From the NCBI RefSeq assembly GCF_963921235.1, contig NC_086097.1, positions 217,250,001 to 217,314,000 of the forward strand: a stretch of DNA of 64,000 bases, read 5' to 3'. A program made the position numbers and the translations under genes. This document shows positions 1 through 10,910 of the stretch, in pieces (the first letter of the stretch is position 1; every line of letters begins with the position of its first letter). This stretch comes from Mobula hypostoma. Taxonomy: Eukaryota. The notes under the pieces are model-generated. The model had not been told where the DNA came from, made no database searches, and saw only the letters and a program-made list of their open reading frames with translations.

Positions 1-471
1 GTAGTCTGTTAGTCAGGAAATCAAAGATCCACCTGCAAAAAGAGATGTTCAAGTTGTCAGTAATATGTCATCAAAGCCAAATTATTTTGATTAAAACTTA
101 GGTTTACTATAATCACTATCTGAATTGCCCTCAGGGTACTGTACAAAATGATGTAATAGATGTAACTCCAACGTTTGTACTGTTATTCATAAAGCCAATG
201 CATTAGTACAGTGAGCTTAGATTAAGCATAACTTGAAGTAACGCTGACAAATCTCTTCTTTCTCCCCTCTCCCCACCAAAATCAGGCAGAAGATATAAAA
301 GCCTGAAAGCACATACCACCAGCCCAAGCACAGCTTCCATCCCTGGCTTTTGAGACTATTGGACAGTTGCCTCATACAAGAAGGTGGACAATTTACCTCA
401 CTGTGGCCTTGCACCTTATTGTCTTCCTGCACTGCACTTTCTCTGTAACAATCCAGAATTAAATGTCCAAT

Positions 472-1375
472 CACAAACATGAGAAAACCTGCAGATGCTA
501 GAAAACCAAACCATACACACAAAATGCTGGAGGAACTCAGCAGGCCAGGCAGCATCTAGGGAGAAGAGTAAACAATTGATGTTTCAGGCCGAGACCCTTC
601 ATCAATACCGAGAAAAAAAGATGAGAAGTCAGAGCAAGAAGGTGCACCACCAAGCACATCTTTCCCTCCACCCCACTTCCGGCTTTCTGCAGGAATTGTT
701 CCCTTGCCATTCGTCCCTCCCCACTGATTTACCTCTTGGCACCTCCCCCTACACCACCTCCCTACCATTCAGGGCTCCAAACAGTCCCTCCAGGTGAGGC
801 CACATTTCACCTGTTGGGGTCATCTACTGTATCTGGTGTGACGTCCCGTATATCCGTGAGACCCGATATAGATTGGGTGATGGCTTCGCTGAGCACCTAC
901 ATTCCGTCTGCCGCAAAAAGCCAGATCTCCCAGTGGCCACCCATTTTATTTCAACTTCCCATTCCAACATGTCAGTCCATGGCCTCCTCTACTGCCGTGA
1001 TGAAGCCACACTCCGTCTGGAGAAGCAACACCTGTATTCCATCTGGGTAGCCTCCAACCCGATTGCATTAACATTGATTCCTCGAACTTCCAGCAATAGA
1101 CCCCCTCCCCCTCATCATTCCCATTTCCCTCTCACCTTATCTCCTTACAGGCCCATCATCTCCTTCTGGTGCTTCCCTTTCTTCCATAGCCTTCTATCAG
1201 ATTTCCCCTTCTCCAGCCCTTTCTCTCTTTCACCGATCGTCTCCCCAGATCTTTGCTTCACCCCTCCTCCAGTTTCACCTATTACCACCTTGTATTTCTT
1301 CCTCCCCTCCCCACCTTCTTACTGACTTCTCAGCTTTTTTCTCCAGTTCTGATAAAGGGTCTCAGCCCGAAGCTT
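472..1375 (+). mobile_element. Penelope-like element (GIY-YIG, degenerate) with an inverted terminal piece at its 5' side
   Basis: Frameshifted GIY-YIG remnants (GDGFAEHLHSVCRKKPDLPVATHF..HSNMSVHGLLYC), a pyrimidine-rich 3' UTR, and degenerate hammerhead motifs at ~575-606 (minus) and ~1345-1375 (plus). Confidence 0.8.
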
Positions 1376-1419
1376 TGAAACTTCCCAAGGCTTTGAGTGC
1401 CACTATACAAAATAATTAT

Positions 1420-1958
1420 GAAAAGGTTTGCATGTTTAATTATTAGGCATTATCAGAGTTTTGCTAGATTACTAAAGCTCTCGGAACAGGCGTAAGTTTA
1501 GGCAAAAAAATAATTTGCTTGTTTTCACTTCTCATAACCACTTTAAGTCAGTCTGCCCCATCCCACCAAAATAGTTAAGTGCAGAACTTATTTGTTCTCA
1601 AGAAATGAAAGTTTAAGTCAATACTGCCTCACCAAAATAACATGGTAACATTTGGAATGTTATCCTTGTTGGTAACTTCAATGCTCTGTCACAAAACTGA
1701 ATTTGTCACAGACAAAATTAGCTAATTTAATAATAACCTGCAGCTGAATTTGCCATCACATCTTTGACCAGTTTCTAATCCATCTTAATCCTCCAGTAAC
1801 TAATTAAGACGTAATCAACCATTTTGTAAAAGACTTTTTTTAATTTTGTTTTTTTACATATGGAATGAAACAGATTTTGTAAACAAAATACAAACTGATC
1901 CAACGCAGCATCAACACAGGCTCCAAACTGCTGGGGTTACATTATTCCTGCTGCACAG
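1420..1958 (-). other. DAD1: Probable DAD1 non-coding terminal exon (3' UTR)
   Basis: Strong minus-strand acceptor CTCTCTTTTGTTTTTGTAG| ending at 1959, and a candidate ATTAAA at 1435-1440 (minus). Exon 2 has a donor right after the stop, so a UTR exon is expected. The 3' end is uncertain. Confidence 0.55.
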
Positions 1959-3278
1959 CTACAAAAACAAAAGAGAGTTAGGTTACAGACAGATCAGCTA
2001 TAAGTTAAAAGGCAGAGCAGGCTGAGTGTCCTACTCATGTTCCCAATCCTTTGTTCAATGCCAACAAATGCCATCTAATTCTGTTAATATACCTTAAATT
2101 TCCTCTCAAAATTGCTGACAGCATTGTGCCCCTTCACTGGGGAAACAATACATTTAGCTTCCATCACTCAAAATGACAGGTTTCTAAGAAATTTATTTCA
2201 AACCCCACTACAGATAAACTTACACCAAGAATAAAGACTTAAGGGCATGATGGTCACATTTCAAATCTCATTTGTACCTTCTGAAATTCAACCTTCATAA
2301 CTTATTTTATGGGCTAGACCCAAAAACCTGGTTCATCTGCTGTCTTTCAGAAGTGATGTCAAAATGCATCTACTTTTCATGATGATCTCATAGCACTTTT
2401 TAAAAGAGCATTAAGTTCCTAACCAATATTTATCAGTTACCCATCAATACATAACCTAGTCTCTACAATTGTGTGCACAAATTTTCTCTGTTTCTGATAT
2501 TAATAGAGCAGTAGTCATAGACAATTAATTTTACTTTCAAGGGGTCAAGTATTTTGAAAAATCCAGAAGTCATGAGGCACCATATTAAAAAGTAAATTCA
2601 CTTTTTGAGTTGGTGTTATAAAAAAATCCTAGCAAAGGAAAATTTCTGATCTATCACATCCCAAAAACTCGTGGGAAGAAAAGCACAAGGGAATCTATTT
2701 GACTTCATCACTACAAATATTTAATAAGTCAAGCAAGACAAAGAAAATGGTTTTTAAAAACTGATTCCAAATTACCCAAGATCATAATCAGGGTAATACG
2801 TCACTTAGTAAAATCGAAGATGGTCAGCACTTTCCTCTACACTTTCGCAATCCTGATCTCGGAAAAATATCAGTTTATCAGTGATTCCAATTATCTAACT
2901 AGATGTGAAGTAAACAGTACTATTTTTTTTATTCAGTATCAATTGGGATGGAACTCAGATCAGCCACATTCATAGAATGTATTAATATCATGCTTGTCTG
3001 TGAGGTACCACAATTAGTCCCACTATCCTTCTGAATATGCTAGCATTTTTCAAGTTGATATTCTCGGATAACATCATATAAAACTTATTCCACTTTGTTT
3101 TTTCATGACTTACATTTCAGAAGAACTGAAAATATGAAGAGTCAGAAGCCAAAGTTAATTCTTTCCTTCCAACTCTAACTAGCTCCACAAAGTTTTACTA
3201 TTCCCAGCACATTAGACAATACAGTACAAAGAACAAAAAAAAGCTGAAAAGCAACTCTTCCACTCCTCATACATACCT

Positions 3279-3409
3279 TCAGCCTATGAAGTTGATCACC
3301 ACCAAATGAAGGATGGTACTGGCAAAGAGGAAGTCAGCAAATGCACGCTCTGGTGAAATGCCAATGAAATCACCTTTATTCTGAGGATTAATCTGTATCC
3401 GCAAGCAAA
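3279..3409 (-). CDS. DAD1: DAD1 coding exon 2
   Basis: Acceptor TATCACCACAG| at 3410. In phase with exon 1 it reads (V)[45 protein letters not shown], with the stop at 3279-3281, followed by AG|GTATGT donor at 3276. Total CDS is 342 nt = 113 aa. Confidence 0.97.
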
Positions 3410-3709
3410 CTGTGGTGATAGAAAAAATAGTCTAAGCAAAGCACTGCGGGGTTCCAACAAAAAAATACGTAAACATAAAAATATTAAACTGACCTTTGGT
3501 CACAAGTCCAAAACAAAGCCCACCATTCAATTTACACTAACCTCACTGGATGGCAATCAAGAACACACCCATTTCAAACACATTCAATATAATTAAAGAG
3601 CATCAAGTGATAGCCCATAGAGTATAATAGCATAATAATAACTTGTGTCAATTAAATCCAATGGAAGTTGTTTTTTTTTAAAAAACAATTGCACATCACT
3701 GGGTTCATT

Positions 3710-3922
3710 TAACACAACACACATAAAAATTGCTGGTGAACGCAGCAGGCCAGGCAGCATCTATAGGAAGAGGTACAGTCGACGTTTCGGGCCGAGACCC
3801 TTCGTCAGGACTAACTGAAAGAAGAGATAGTAAGAGGGAAAGTGGGAGGGGGAGATCCAAAATGATAGGAGAAGACAGGAGGGGGAGGGATGGAGCTAAG
3901 AGCTGGAAAGTTGATTGGCAGA
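3710..3922 (-). mobile_element. Penelope-like terminal repeat fragment with hammerhead motif, in DAD1 intron 1
   Basis: Near-identical to the terminus at 8869-9100; CTGACGA...GAAACGTC core on the minus strand at 3777-3812. Confidence 0.85.
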
Positions 3923-3983
3923 AGGGCCAAATTGAGAGGCTCGAAACCGAATCCTGAAGCCAACTGGAGTAAGTTGGCAGTGA

Positions 3984-4505
3984 GTGGAGTACTGTGTCCA
4001 GTTCTGGTTGCCTCACTATAGGAAGGATGTGGAAGCATTGGAAAGGGTACAGAGGAGATCTACCAGGATGCTGCCTGGTTTAGAGAGTATGCATTATGTT
4101 CAGAGATTAAGGGAGATAGGGCTTTACTCTTTGGAGAGGAGGAGAATGAGAGGAGAAATGATAGAGGTGTACAAGATAATAAAAGGAATAGATAGAGTGG
4201 ATAGCCAGTGCCTCTTCCCCAGGGCACCACTGCTCAATACAAGAGGACATGGCTTTAAGGTAAGGGGTGGGAAGTTCAAGGGGATATTAGAGGAAGGTTT
4301 TTTTACTCAGAGAGTGGTTGGTGCGTGGAATGCACTGCCTGAGTCAGTGGTGGAGGAGGATACACTAGTGAAGTTTAAGAGACTACTAGACAGGTATATG
4401 GAGGAATTTAAGGTGGGGGCTTATATGGGAGGCAGGGTTTGAGGGTCAGCAAAACATTGTGGGCCAAAAGGCCTGTACTGTGCTGTACTATTCTATGTCC
4501 TATGG
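3984..4505 (+). mobile_element. CR1 LINE 3' fragment (ORF2 C-terminus and tail)
   Basis: EYCVQFWLPHYRKDVEALERVQRR...TRGHGFK...FFTQRVVGAWNALP, then CR1 3' UTR ending TTCTATGTCCTATG. Confidence 0.9.
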
Positions 4506-5539
4506 ACACACGTTCCAAGAAAGGATATATGGCTGTAATAGTGAGTCTGAGTCAAAATGTGGTCGAAAAGTTGAAGGGCCAAAGAAATTAAAGATGGGGA
4601 GCTGTGAGATAGTTTCACTAAACTCCTGTCAAAGAGAAGATTTTAATTTCTTCAGTGTAGGCATCACATTGTTTCTTTTTCCTGACCAGGCAGTTGTGAT
4701 GGACAATGACTTTGTTCTGCTCCCATATTGGGATTCATTAGCTTTCTCTTAAGCCACAATGTAGAAATCAGATATCCATGAATGGGGCAGGAAGTAGCTG
4801 ATGAAACTAGTTTATGTTGAGAGGTGGTCTGCTCCTTCATTACTTAGATAGGGTTTCTATGTGCTCCTAATGCTCAACCTTTAAATTCTCCATGCCATCT
4901 CAGATGTTCCTTCTTCACTATGAAAGGTCATAGGCCAGATATAGCAAAGTATCAGTGGAGTTGCTCCAATTGTAAGAGGATTCGAGTATATCCTTGAACC
5001 TTTCCTCCCTTATGCCTGATAATTCCTTCCCATGACAGAGCTCATGAAGAGTGTTTGATGTTAGGCAAGCAATTGATACGAGATGCACAAACTAGTGTAA
5101 ATGGCATGCCCAATACTGGGGGTACTGTAAGAAAGTTTGTGTTGGCAAAATGTGACACTGCACTAAAAAAGCTTGACAAAAGTGTTAGGGCAATACCATG
5201 ACAATCCCAAGCACACTGTGAGAAACAGTACCAGCCACTATACATAGCCTATTGGACTCCATGGGTTGGGATTTATTGTGAAATACCCTCCTCATATTTT
5301 GCTTCCCACACAAAAAAAATCTACAAGAGAAAATCTGCAGATACTGGAAATCACAGCAACACACAAAAAACGCTGAAAGAACTAAGCAGGTCAGGCAGCA
5401 CCTTTGGAAAAGAGTACAGTCGACGTTTCAGGCTGAAACCCTTCCAAGAAAAATCATCTTGTTCTTTGGTGACATGCAATCCAATGGGTTTACCAGAGAG
5501 TCAAACCAAGCTGTATTGCCCCCAATACGTATCTCAACC

Positions 5540-6080
5540 GCCCACAACAGCGACGGCCATCCTCACCCCCAATCCAGATTCTCCTTCCTTTTGCATATTT
5601 TTGTACTCTGGCCCCAGCTTCCCACACCACCCAATCTCCTGCCTCTCACACAAGGCCCCACAACAGGCCTGTACCCTCTCAGCCTTACCCACCCCACCCT
5701 CCCCTGCTCCCGACTCCATTCTCGAACCCTTGTCCTCACCCGCCAGCACGAAAGAGCCCACGCAGGCGATGAAGCCGGACAGGAACGAGTTGAAGGGGAA
5801 GGTGCCGACCAGCGCGCAGTATAGGAACTGGGTGGCGCCGCTCAGCGCCATGTACAGCAGGTAGGAGTCGAGCAGTTTCAGCCGGAGAGGAGTGCCGGCC
5901 GCGTACTCCTGGGAGAAGCGGGTGAGAACCGAGAAAACCGAGCTACGCATTGTCAAACTGGAACCTGATTGCGGAAAGGCAGCGAAGTCCTGCACACACG
6001 TCAGCAAACTCGTCCTCACAGTAATTCGTCCGACCGGACCCGTGGTTACTGCGGCCACGCAAGCACTGTTCCGCCCTATT
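5540..6080. promoter_or_regulatory. CpG island / DAD1 promoter-exon 1 region
   Basis: Visibly GC- and CpG-rich against a CpG-poor background; GC box (CCGCCC) at 6071-6076 upstream of the ATG. Confidence 0.7.
5740..5950 (-). CDS. DAD1: DAD1 (defender against cell death 1, oligosaccharyltransferase subunit), coding exon 1
   Basis: ATG at 5950 (ACA-ATG context). Translates as [70 protein letters not shown], containing the DAD1 signature KLLD.YL.Y...[12 protein letters not shown]. The 211-nt exon ends in G|GTGAGG (phase-1 donor at 5739). Confidence 0.97.
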
Positions 6081-6289
6081 GATGATCACTACCATTTACA
6101 GCTTTTGACTTTTTATATAATTTTAAAGCTATTTGTTTCAAAAGAAATCAAATATCCCCTTTAGGATTTATCGCTGGTAAGTTTCTATCAATTTCCAGGT
6201 GAAATAAAAGAAGGTTAATTCATCCCTGCTCAAATCAATTCCGTCCACTAACAAATTTCCCTTACACTGTAACTGGTTCTCATCTCTGA

Positions 6290-6510
6290 TTATAACACTC
6301 GACAACACACTGGACTCGAGGTAACTTAAAATGGCCAATTGACCTACTAATTCGCTTTGGGATGTAAAGGGAAACCGGAGCATCTGAGGAAAGTCACCTG
6401 ATCAAAGAGAGAATGTGCGAAGTCCATATAGACAGCACCAGAGGTCACTATTGAATCTAAGTTAGTGGTGCGAAAAGGTTTCGCTCTACTAGCTACACTA
6501 CTGTGCCAAC
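6290..6510 (-). mobile_element. V-domain (HE1-like) SINE, degenerate
   Basis: Reverse complement of the V-SINE core (…GCTCCGGTTTTCCCTTTACATCCCAAAG…GGTCAATTGGCC). Confidence 0.55.
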
Positions 6511-6847
6511 CTTCAAATACCACCAAACATTCTTTTCTAAGAAGTTATTGCCCCTGAGAAGTTAGTGTTTAGCTCCCATAAGGTTGTTGGGGAGGAAGTT
6601 ACGTAAATGGAGGAACAACTCAGGATGATGTACAGCTTAGAGGAAAACTTGTAGTTTTTAAAAGTTCAAAGAAAAATTTATTAGCAGAGTACATACATGT
6701 CGCCACATACAATCCTGAGATTATTCTTCTGCCGGCATACTTAGCAAATCTATAGAACAGTAACTATAAAAAGGATTGATGAATAGCAAACTGAAAATGG
6801 AAGAGTCTTTAAAGTGAACACCAGAAACAGAATGAATGTAGTTATCC

Positions 6848-7096
6848 AATCACCCGTCCAGCTCTTGGCTCCATCCCTCCCCCTCCTGTCTTCTCCTATC
6901 ATTTTGGATCTCCGCTTCCCCCTCCAACTTTCAAATCCCTTACTCACTCTTCCTTCAGTTAGTCCTGACGAAGGGTCTCGGCCTGAAACGTCGACTGCAC
7001 CTCTTCCTAGAGATGCTGCCTGGCCTGCTGCGTTCACCAGCAACTTTGATGTGTGTTGCTTGAATTTCCAGCATCTGCAGAATTCCTGTTGTTTGT
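6848..7096 (+). mobile_element. Penelope-like terminal repeat with intact hammerhead motif
   Basis: Flanked by a ~16-bp duplication ATGA(A/G)TGTAGTTATCC (6832-6847, 7097-7112); hammerhead at 6961-6996. Confidence 0.85.
6961..6996 (+). ncRNA. Minimal type I hammerhead ribozyme motif (representative copy)
   Basis: AGTC-CTGACGA-AGG(GTCTCGG)CCT-GAAA-CG-TC^-GACT: helix I AGUC/GACU, CUGANGA box, helix II, GAAA, palindromic ACGU helix III, GUC cleavage triplet. Confidence 0.85.
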
Positions 7097-8868
7097 ATGA
7101 GTGTAGTTATCCTCTTTTGTTTAAGAGCCTGGTGGTGTGTGCTAGTAACTGTCCTTGAACCTGGTGGGGCGAGTCCTGAGGCACCTTGTACCTTCTACCT
7201 GATGACAGCAGTTAGAAAAGAGCAGGGCCTGGGTGGTGAGGATCTTTGATGATGGATGCTGCTTCTCTACAGTGAATTTTCATGTAGATGTGCTCAATAG
7301 TTGGGAGGGCTTTATCCGTGATGTACTGGGCCAAATCCATGACCTTTTGTAGGATTTTCCGCTCGAAGAGATTGGTGTATTGGTGTTCCCATCGCACCCT
7401 GTAATGCGGCCAGTCACCACACATCTATAGAAGTTAGCCAAGGTTTATGATGACATGCTGAATCTCTGCAGACTCCTGAGGAAGTAGAGGTGCTGTCGTG
7501 CTTTCTGTGCAATTATATTTATATGATGGGTCCAGGACACCCATGCACTCACTGGTCTTGGCTTCTTCATAGATGAGGTTGAAGGTTTGGGAGGAGCTGC
7601 GGGAGTTGGCTAGATGACGTCCCATTCTTTTGATGACACCCAGTACAGCGACCATGCTGAAGGGAATGGACTTCTGAGTTGCAGGCAAGGTGCCAGTGGT
7701 GTACTGTTATCGATATTCATCGATTGAAGAGGAAGGAGTCCATCAGATTCCTGACTTGTACTACAGAGATGATGGAAAGGCATTCAGGTTTCAGGGTGCA
7801 TTTATACAATTTCTAATGTGGTAGACTATCCTAAACACTTCACAGGACATTAATAAATAATAATTGTCATCCAGTCACATGAATGGATAAGAAGGGAAGT
7901 CACCAAAAGAGGATTTAAACAGGATTTTAAAGAAGAGTAGGAAAATTGATACATTTATGATGGAAATCTCAGAGATTCAAACAATGGCACAGTCACCAAT
8001 AGTAAAGCAATTTCAATTGAGGGAGCACAAAAAAAGCTGGAAATGGAAAAGCACAGACACTGTAACTCTCAGAAATTGTTATGGAGTAAAAGCACATTTT
8101 GAATACAAATACTTTGAAATCAATGCTTTGCAAAATCATCATTTATTGTAGGTCAAAAACACAAGGAATGAGTTTCAACAATGATGCGAGTTACAATCTG
8201 GCCCCAGCAGAATTCTCCCTTGCCTGGAAACATTCATCAGCCCCCTGGGTATTTATCCACTTTTATGCCTACTTAAACATCCTATTCCTGCCCCAACCCC
8301 TTTTTGCAAATGAAGAAAGCCAGCAAACAATGGAAGACAGATTCCTTCGGGAGAGAAAATTTCCAGAACCTCTACATCTATCATCTTCAACAACTTTTCA
8401 AGCCTGTCCTACGTTTTGTTATATCGTGGATCACCAGAGCAACTACAGATGGTTAATAAAAACGCATTTACCAATATCACCAAATAAATATAACAAGTCA
8501 TGTCACCATGCAGCAGAGGGTGTTAGATTGAAAGGGCAGAATGTGGGATGGAGTTCACAGAACATATTTTCCATAGCACAAGTAACCCAGAATTCCTCAA
8601 TGATTATCCTTCTCCTTTCAGGTATGTCTGCACTAAGGCATCCTGTCAGGAATCTCACAACTCCCAAAAAAAGAGAAAGGAAAACCAAAATAAAATCAAG
8701 ACAACCAGAGGAAAATCTCTTCAAATGTCAAGAGGAAAAAGGTAATGATAAATTCCATAAATGGTTAGAAACTCTCATTTTCAAAACCTTTTCCATTATA
8801 TACATCCTCAGCATTCACTTTGACTGTCAGCAACTGTAGATTCCACCAATCCAGGTAAGGTAATGGCA

Positions 8869-9857
8869 ACACACACCAAAAAAAATGCTGGTGAATGCAG
8901 CAGGCCAGGCAGCACCTATAGGAAGTGGTACAGTCGACGTTTCGGGCCGAGACCCTTCGTCAGGGCTAACTGAAAGAAGAGATAGTAAGAGATTTGAAAG
9001 TGGGAGGGGGAGGGGGAGATCTGAAATGATAGGAGAAGACAGGAGGGGGAGGGATGCAGCCAAGAGCTGGAAAGTTGATTGGCAAAAGGGATATGAGGCT
9101 GGAGAAGGGAGAGGATCATGGGACGGGAGGCGTAGGGAGAAAGAAAGGGGAAGGGGAAACCCAGAGGATGGGCAAAGAGTTATAGTGAGAGGGACAGAGG
9201 GAGAAGAAAGAAAAAAAGGGGGAAATTAAAAATAATAATAATAAAGAAAGAAATAAGGAATGGGGTACAAAGGGGAGGTGGGGCATTAACGGAAGTTAGA
9301 GAAGTCAATGTTCATGCCATCAGCTTGGAGGCTAGCCAGACGGAATGTAAGGTGTTGTTCCTCCAACCTGAGTGTGGCTTCATCTTGACAGTATAGAGGA
9401 GGCCGTGGATAGACATATCAGAATGGGAATGGGACATGGAATTAAAATGTGTGGCCACTGGGAGATCCTGCTTTCTCTGGCGGACAGAGCGTAGGTGTTC
9501 AGTGAAACGTTCTCCCAGCCTGCGTCGGGTCTTGCCAATATATAGAAGGCCACATCGGGAGAACCGGATGCAGTATATCACCCCAGTCGACTCACAGGTG
9601 AAGTGTCGCCTCACCTGGAAGGACTGTCTGGGGCCCTGAATGGTGGTGAGGGAGGAAGTGTAAGGGCATGTGTAGCACTTGTTCCGCTTACAAGGATAAG
9701 TGCCAGGAGGGAGATCGGTGGGAAGGGATGGGGGGAACAAATGGACAAGGGAATCGCATAGGGAGTGATCCCTGCGGAATGCAGAGAGAGGGGGGGAGGG
9801 AAAGATGTGCTTAGTGGTGGGATCCCGTTGGAGGTGGCAGAAGTTTCGGAGAATATA
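8869..9857 (-). mobile_element. Penelope-like element (Neptune-type), 5'-truncated, with GIY-YIG endonuclease, 3' UTR and hammerhead
   Basis: ORF 9312-9899 contains PGTYPCKRNKCYTC (Cys-rich linker), GVIYCI..RCGLLYIGKT.RRLGERFTEH and PVATHFN. 13-bp TSD TAAGGTAATGGCA at 8856-8868 and 9858-9870. Hammerhead at 8932-8967. Confidence 0.92.
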
Positions 9858-9870
9858 TAAGGTAATGGCA

Positions 9871-10910
9871 GATGGCCATTTCATTGGCTCTTCACTCAAC
9901 CCTGGAACATCAGGATGCTCTTTATTGACTTCACCTCCACATTCAATGCCATCATCCCCTCAAAACTAATAAATAAGCTTCAAGACCTTGGTCTCAATAT
10001 CTCCTTGTGCAACTGGATGCTCTATTTCCTCACTTGTAGACCCTAGTCAGTTTGGATTAGCAACATTTCCTCCATAATCTCCATCAGCACAGGGGTACTA
10101 ACAGGCTGTGTGCTTAGCCCCCTGCTTTCCTCACTTTATACTTATGACTGTGTGGCTAAGCACAGCTCCAATGCCATATTTAACTTTCCCTATGACACAC
10201 TGTCATTGGCCAAATCGAAGGAGGTGATGAATCACAAATAGGAAGGAGATTGGAAATCTGTCTGAGTGCTAGCACAAGAACCACCTCCCACTCAGTGTCA
10301 GCAAGACCAAGGAGCTGATTGTTGACTTCAGAAGGAGGAAACTGGAGGCCCATGAGCCAGTCCTCATCAGGGTAATACAAATATAAATGATAACAGGTGT
10401 TAACATTTCAAAGGCCCTGTCCTGGGCCCAGCACGTAAGTGCCATTACAAAGAAAGCATGGTGACGCCTCTACTTCTTTAGAGGTTTGTGTAGATTCGGC
10501 ATGACATCTATTACTTTGACAGACTTCTGTAGATATGTGGTGGAGTGTGTATTGTCTGTTTACATTACAGCCTGGTATGGAAACACTAATACCCTTGAAC
10601 GGCACTTCACTCGCCTATCACTAAACTGCTCCCACAATTTATGGACTCACTTTCAAAGACTCTTCATCTCATGTTCTGGATATTAATTGTTTATTTATTT
10701 ACAAACTGTTTATATTTATTTTTCTTTTGTATTTGCACAGTTTGCTGTCTTTTGCACACTGCTGTTTGTCCACACTGCTGGGTGCAGTCTTTCATGGATT
10801 CTGTTATTTCGCTTGGATTTTCTGAGTATGCCCGCAAGAAAATGAATCTCAGGATTGTTTCTGGTGACATAAATGTACTTTGATAATAAGTAAATGTGCT
10901 TTGAACTTTG
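9871..10910 (+). mobile_element. Rex1/Babar LINE fragment (degenerate RT and 3' UTR)
   Basis: Remnants of LFIDF.S.FN.IIPSKL, GCVLSPLL.SLYT.DC and the C-terminus; tail CTTTGAACTTTGA. Confidence 0.8.

Larger units (their letters stand above)
6660..7540 (-). mobile_element. Rex1/Babar LINE 3' fragment interrupted by a Penelope terminus
   Basis: ERKILQKVMDLAQYITDKALPTIEHIY...AASIIKDPHHPG C-terminal motif on the minus strand, and a (CTTTGAA)-type tail at ~6661. Confidence 0.75.

Noticed and set aside
5534..6058. 174-aa single-exon DAD1 ORF from the ORF track
   Set aside because: It starts at an upstream GTG and reads through the GTGAGG donor into the intron. The real CDS is ATG 5950 to 5740, spliced to exon 2.
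8503..8724. Minus-strand ORF with a hydrophobic, leader-like stretch
   Set aside because: No ATG start or downstream V exon found; the hydrophobicity comes from the T-rich complement of an A-rich tract.
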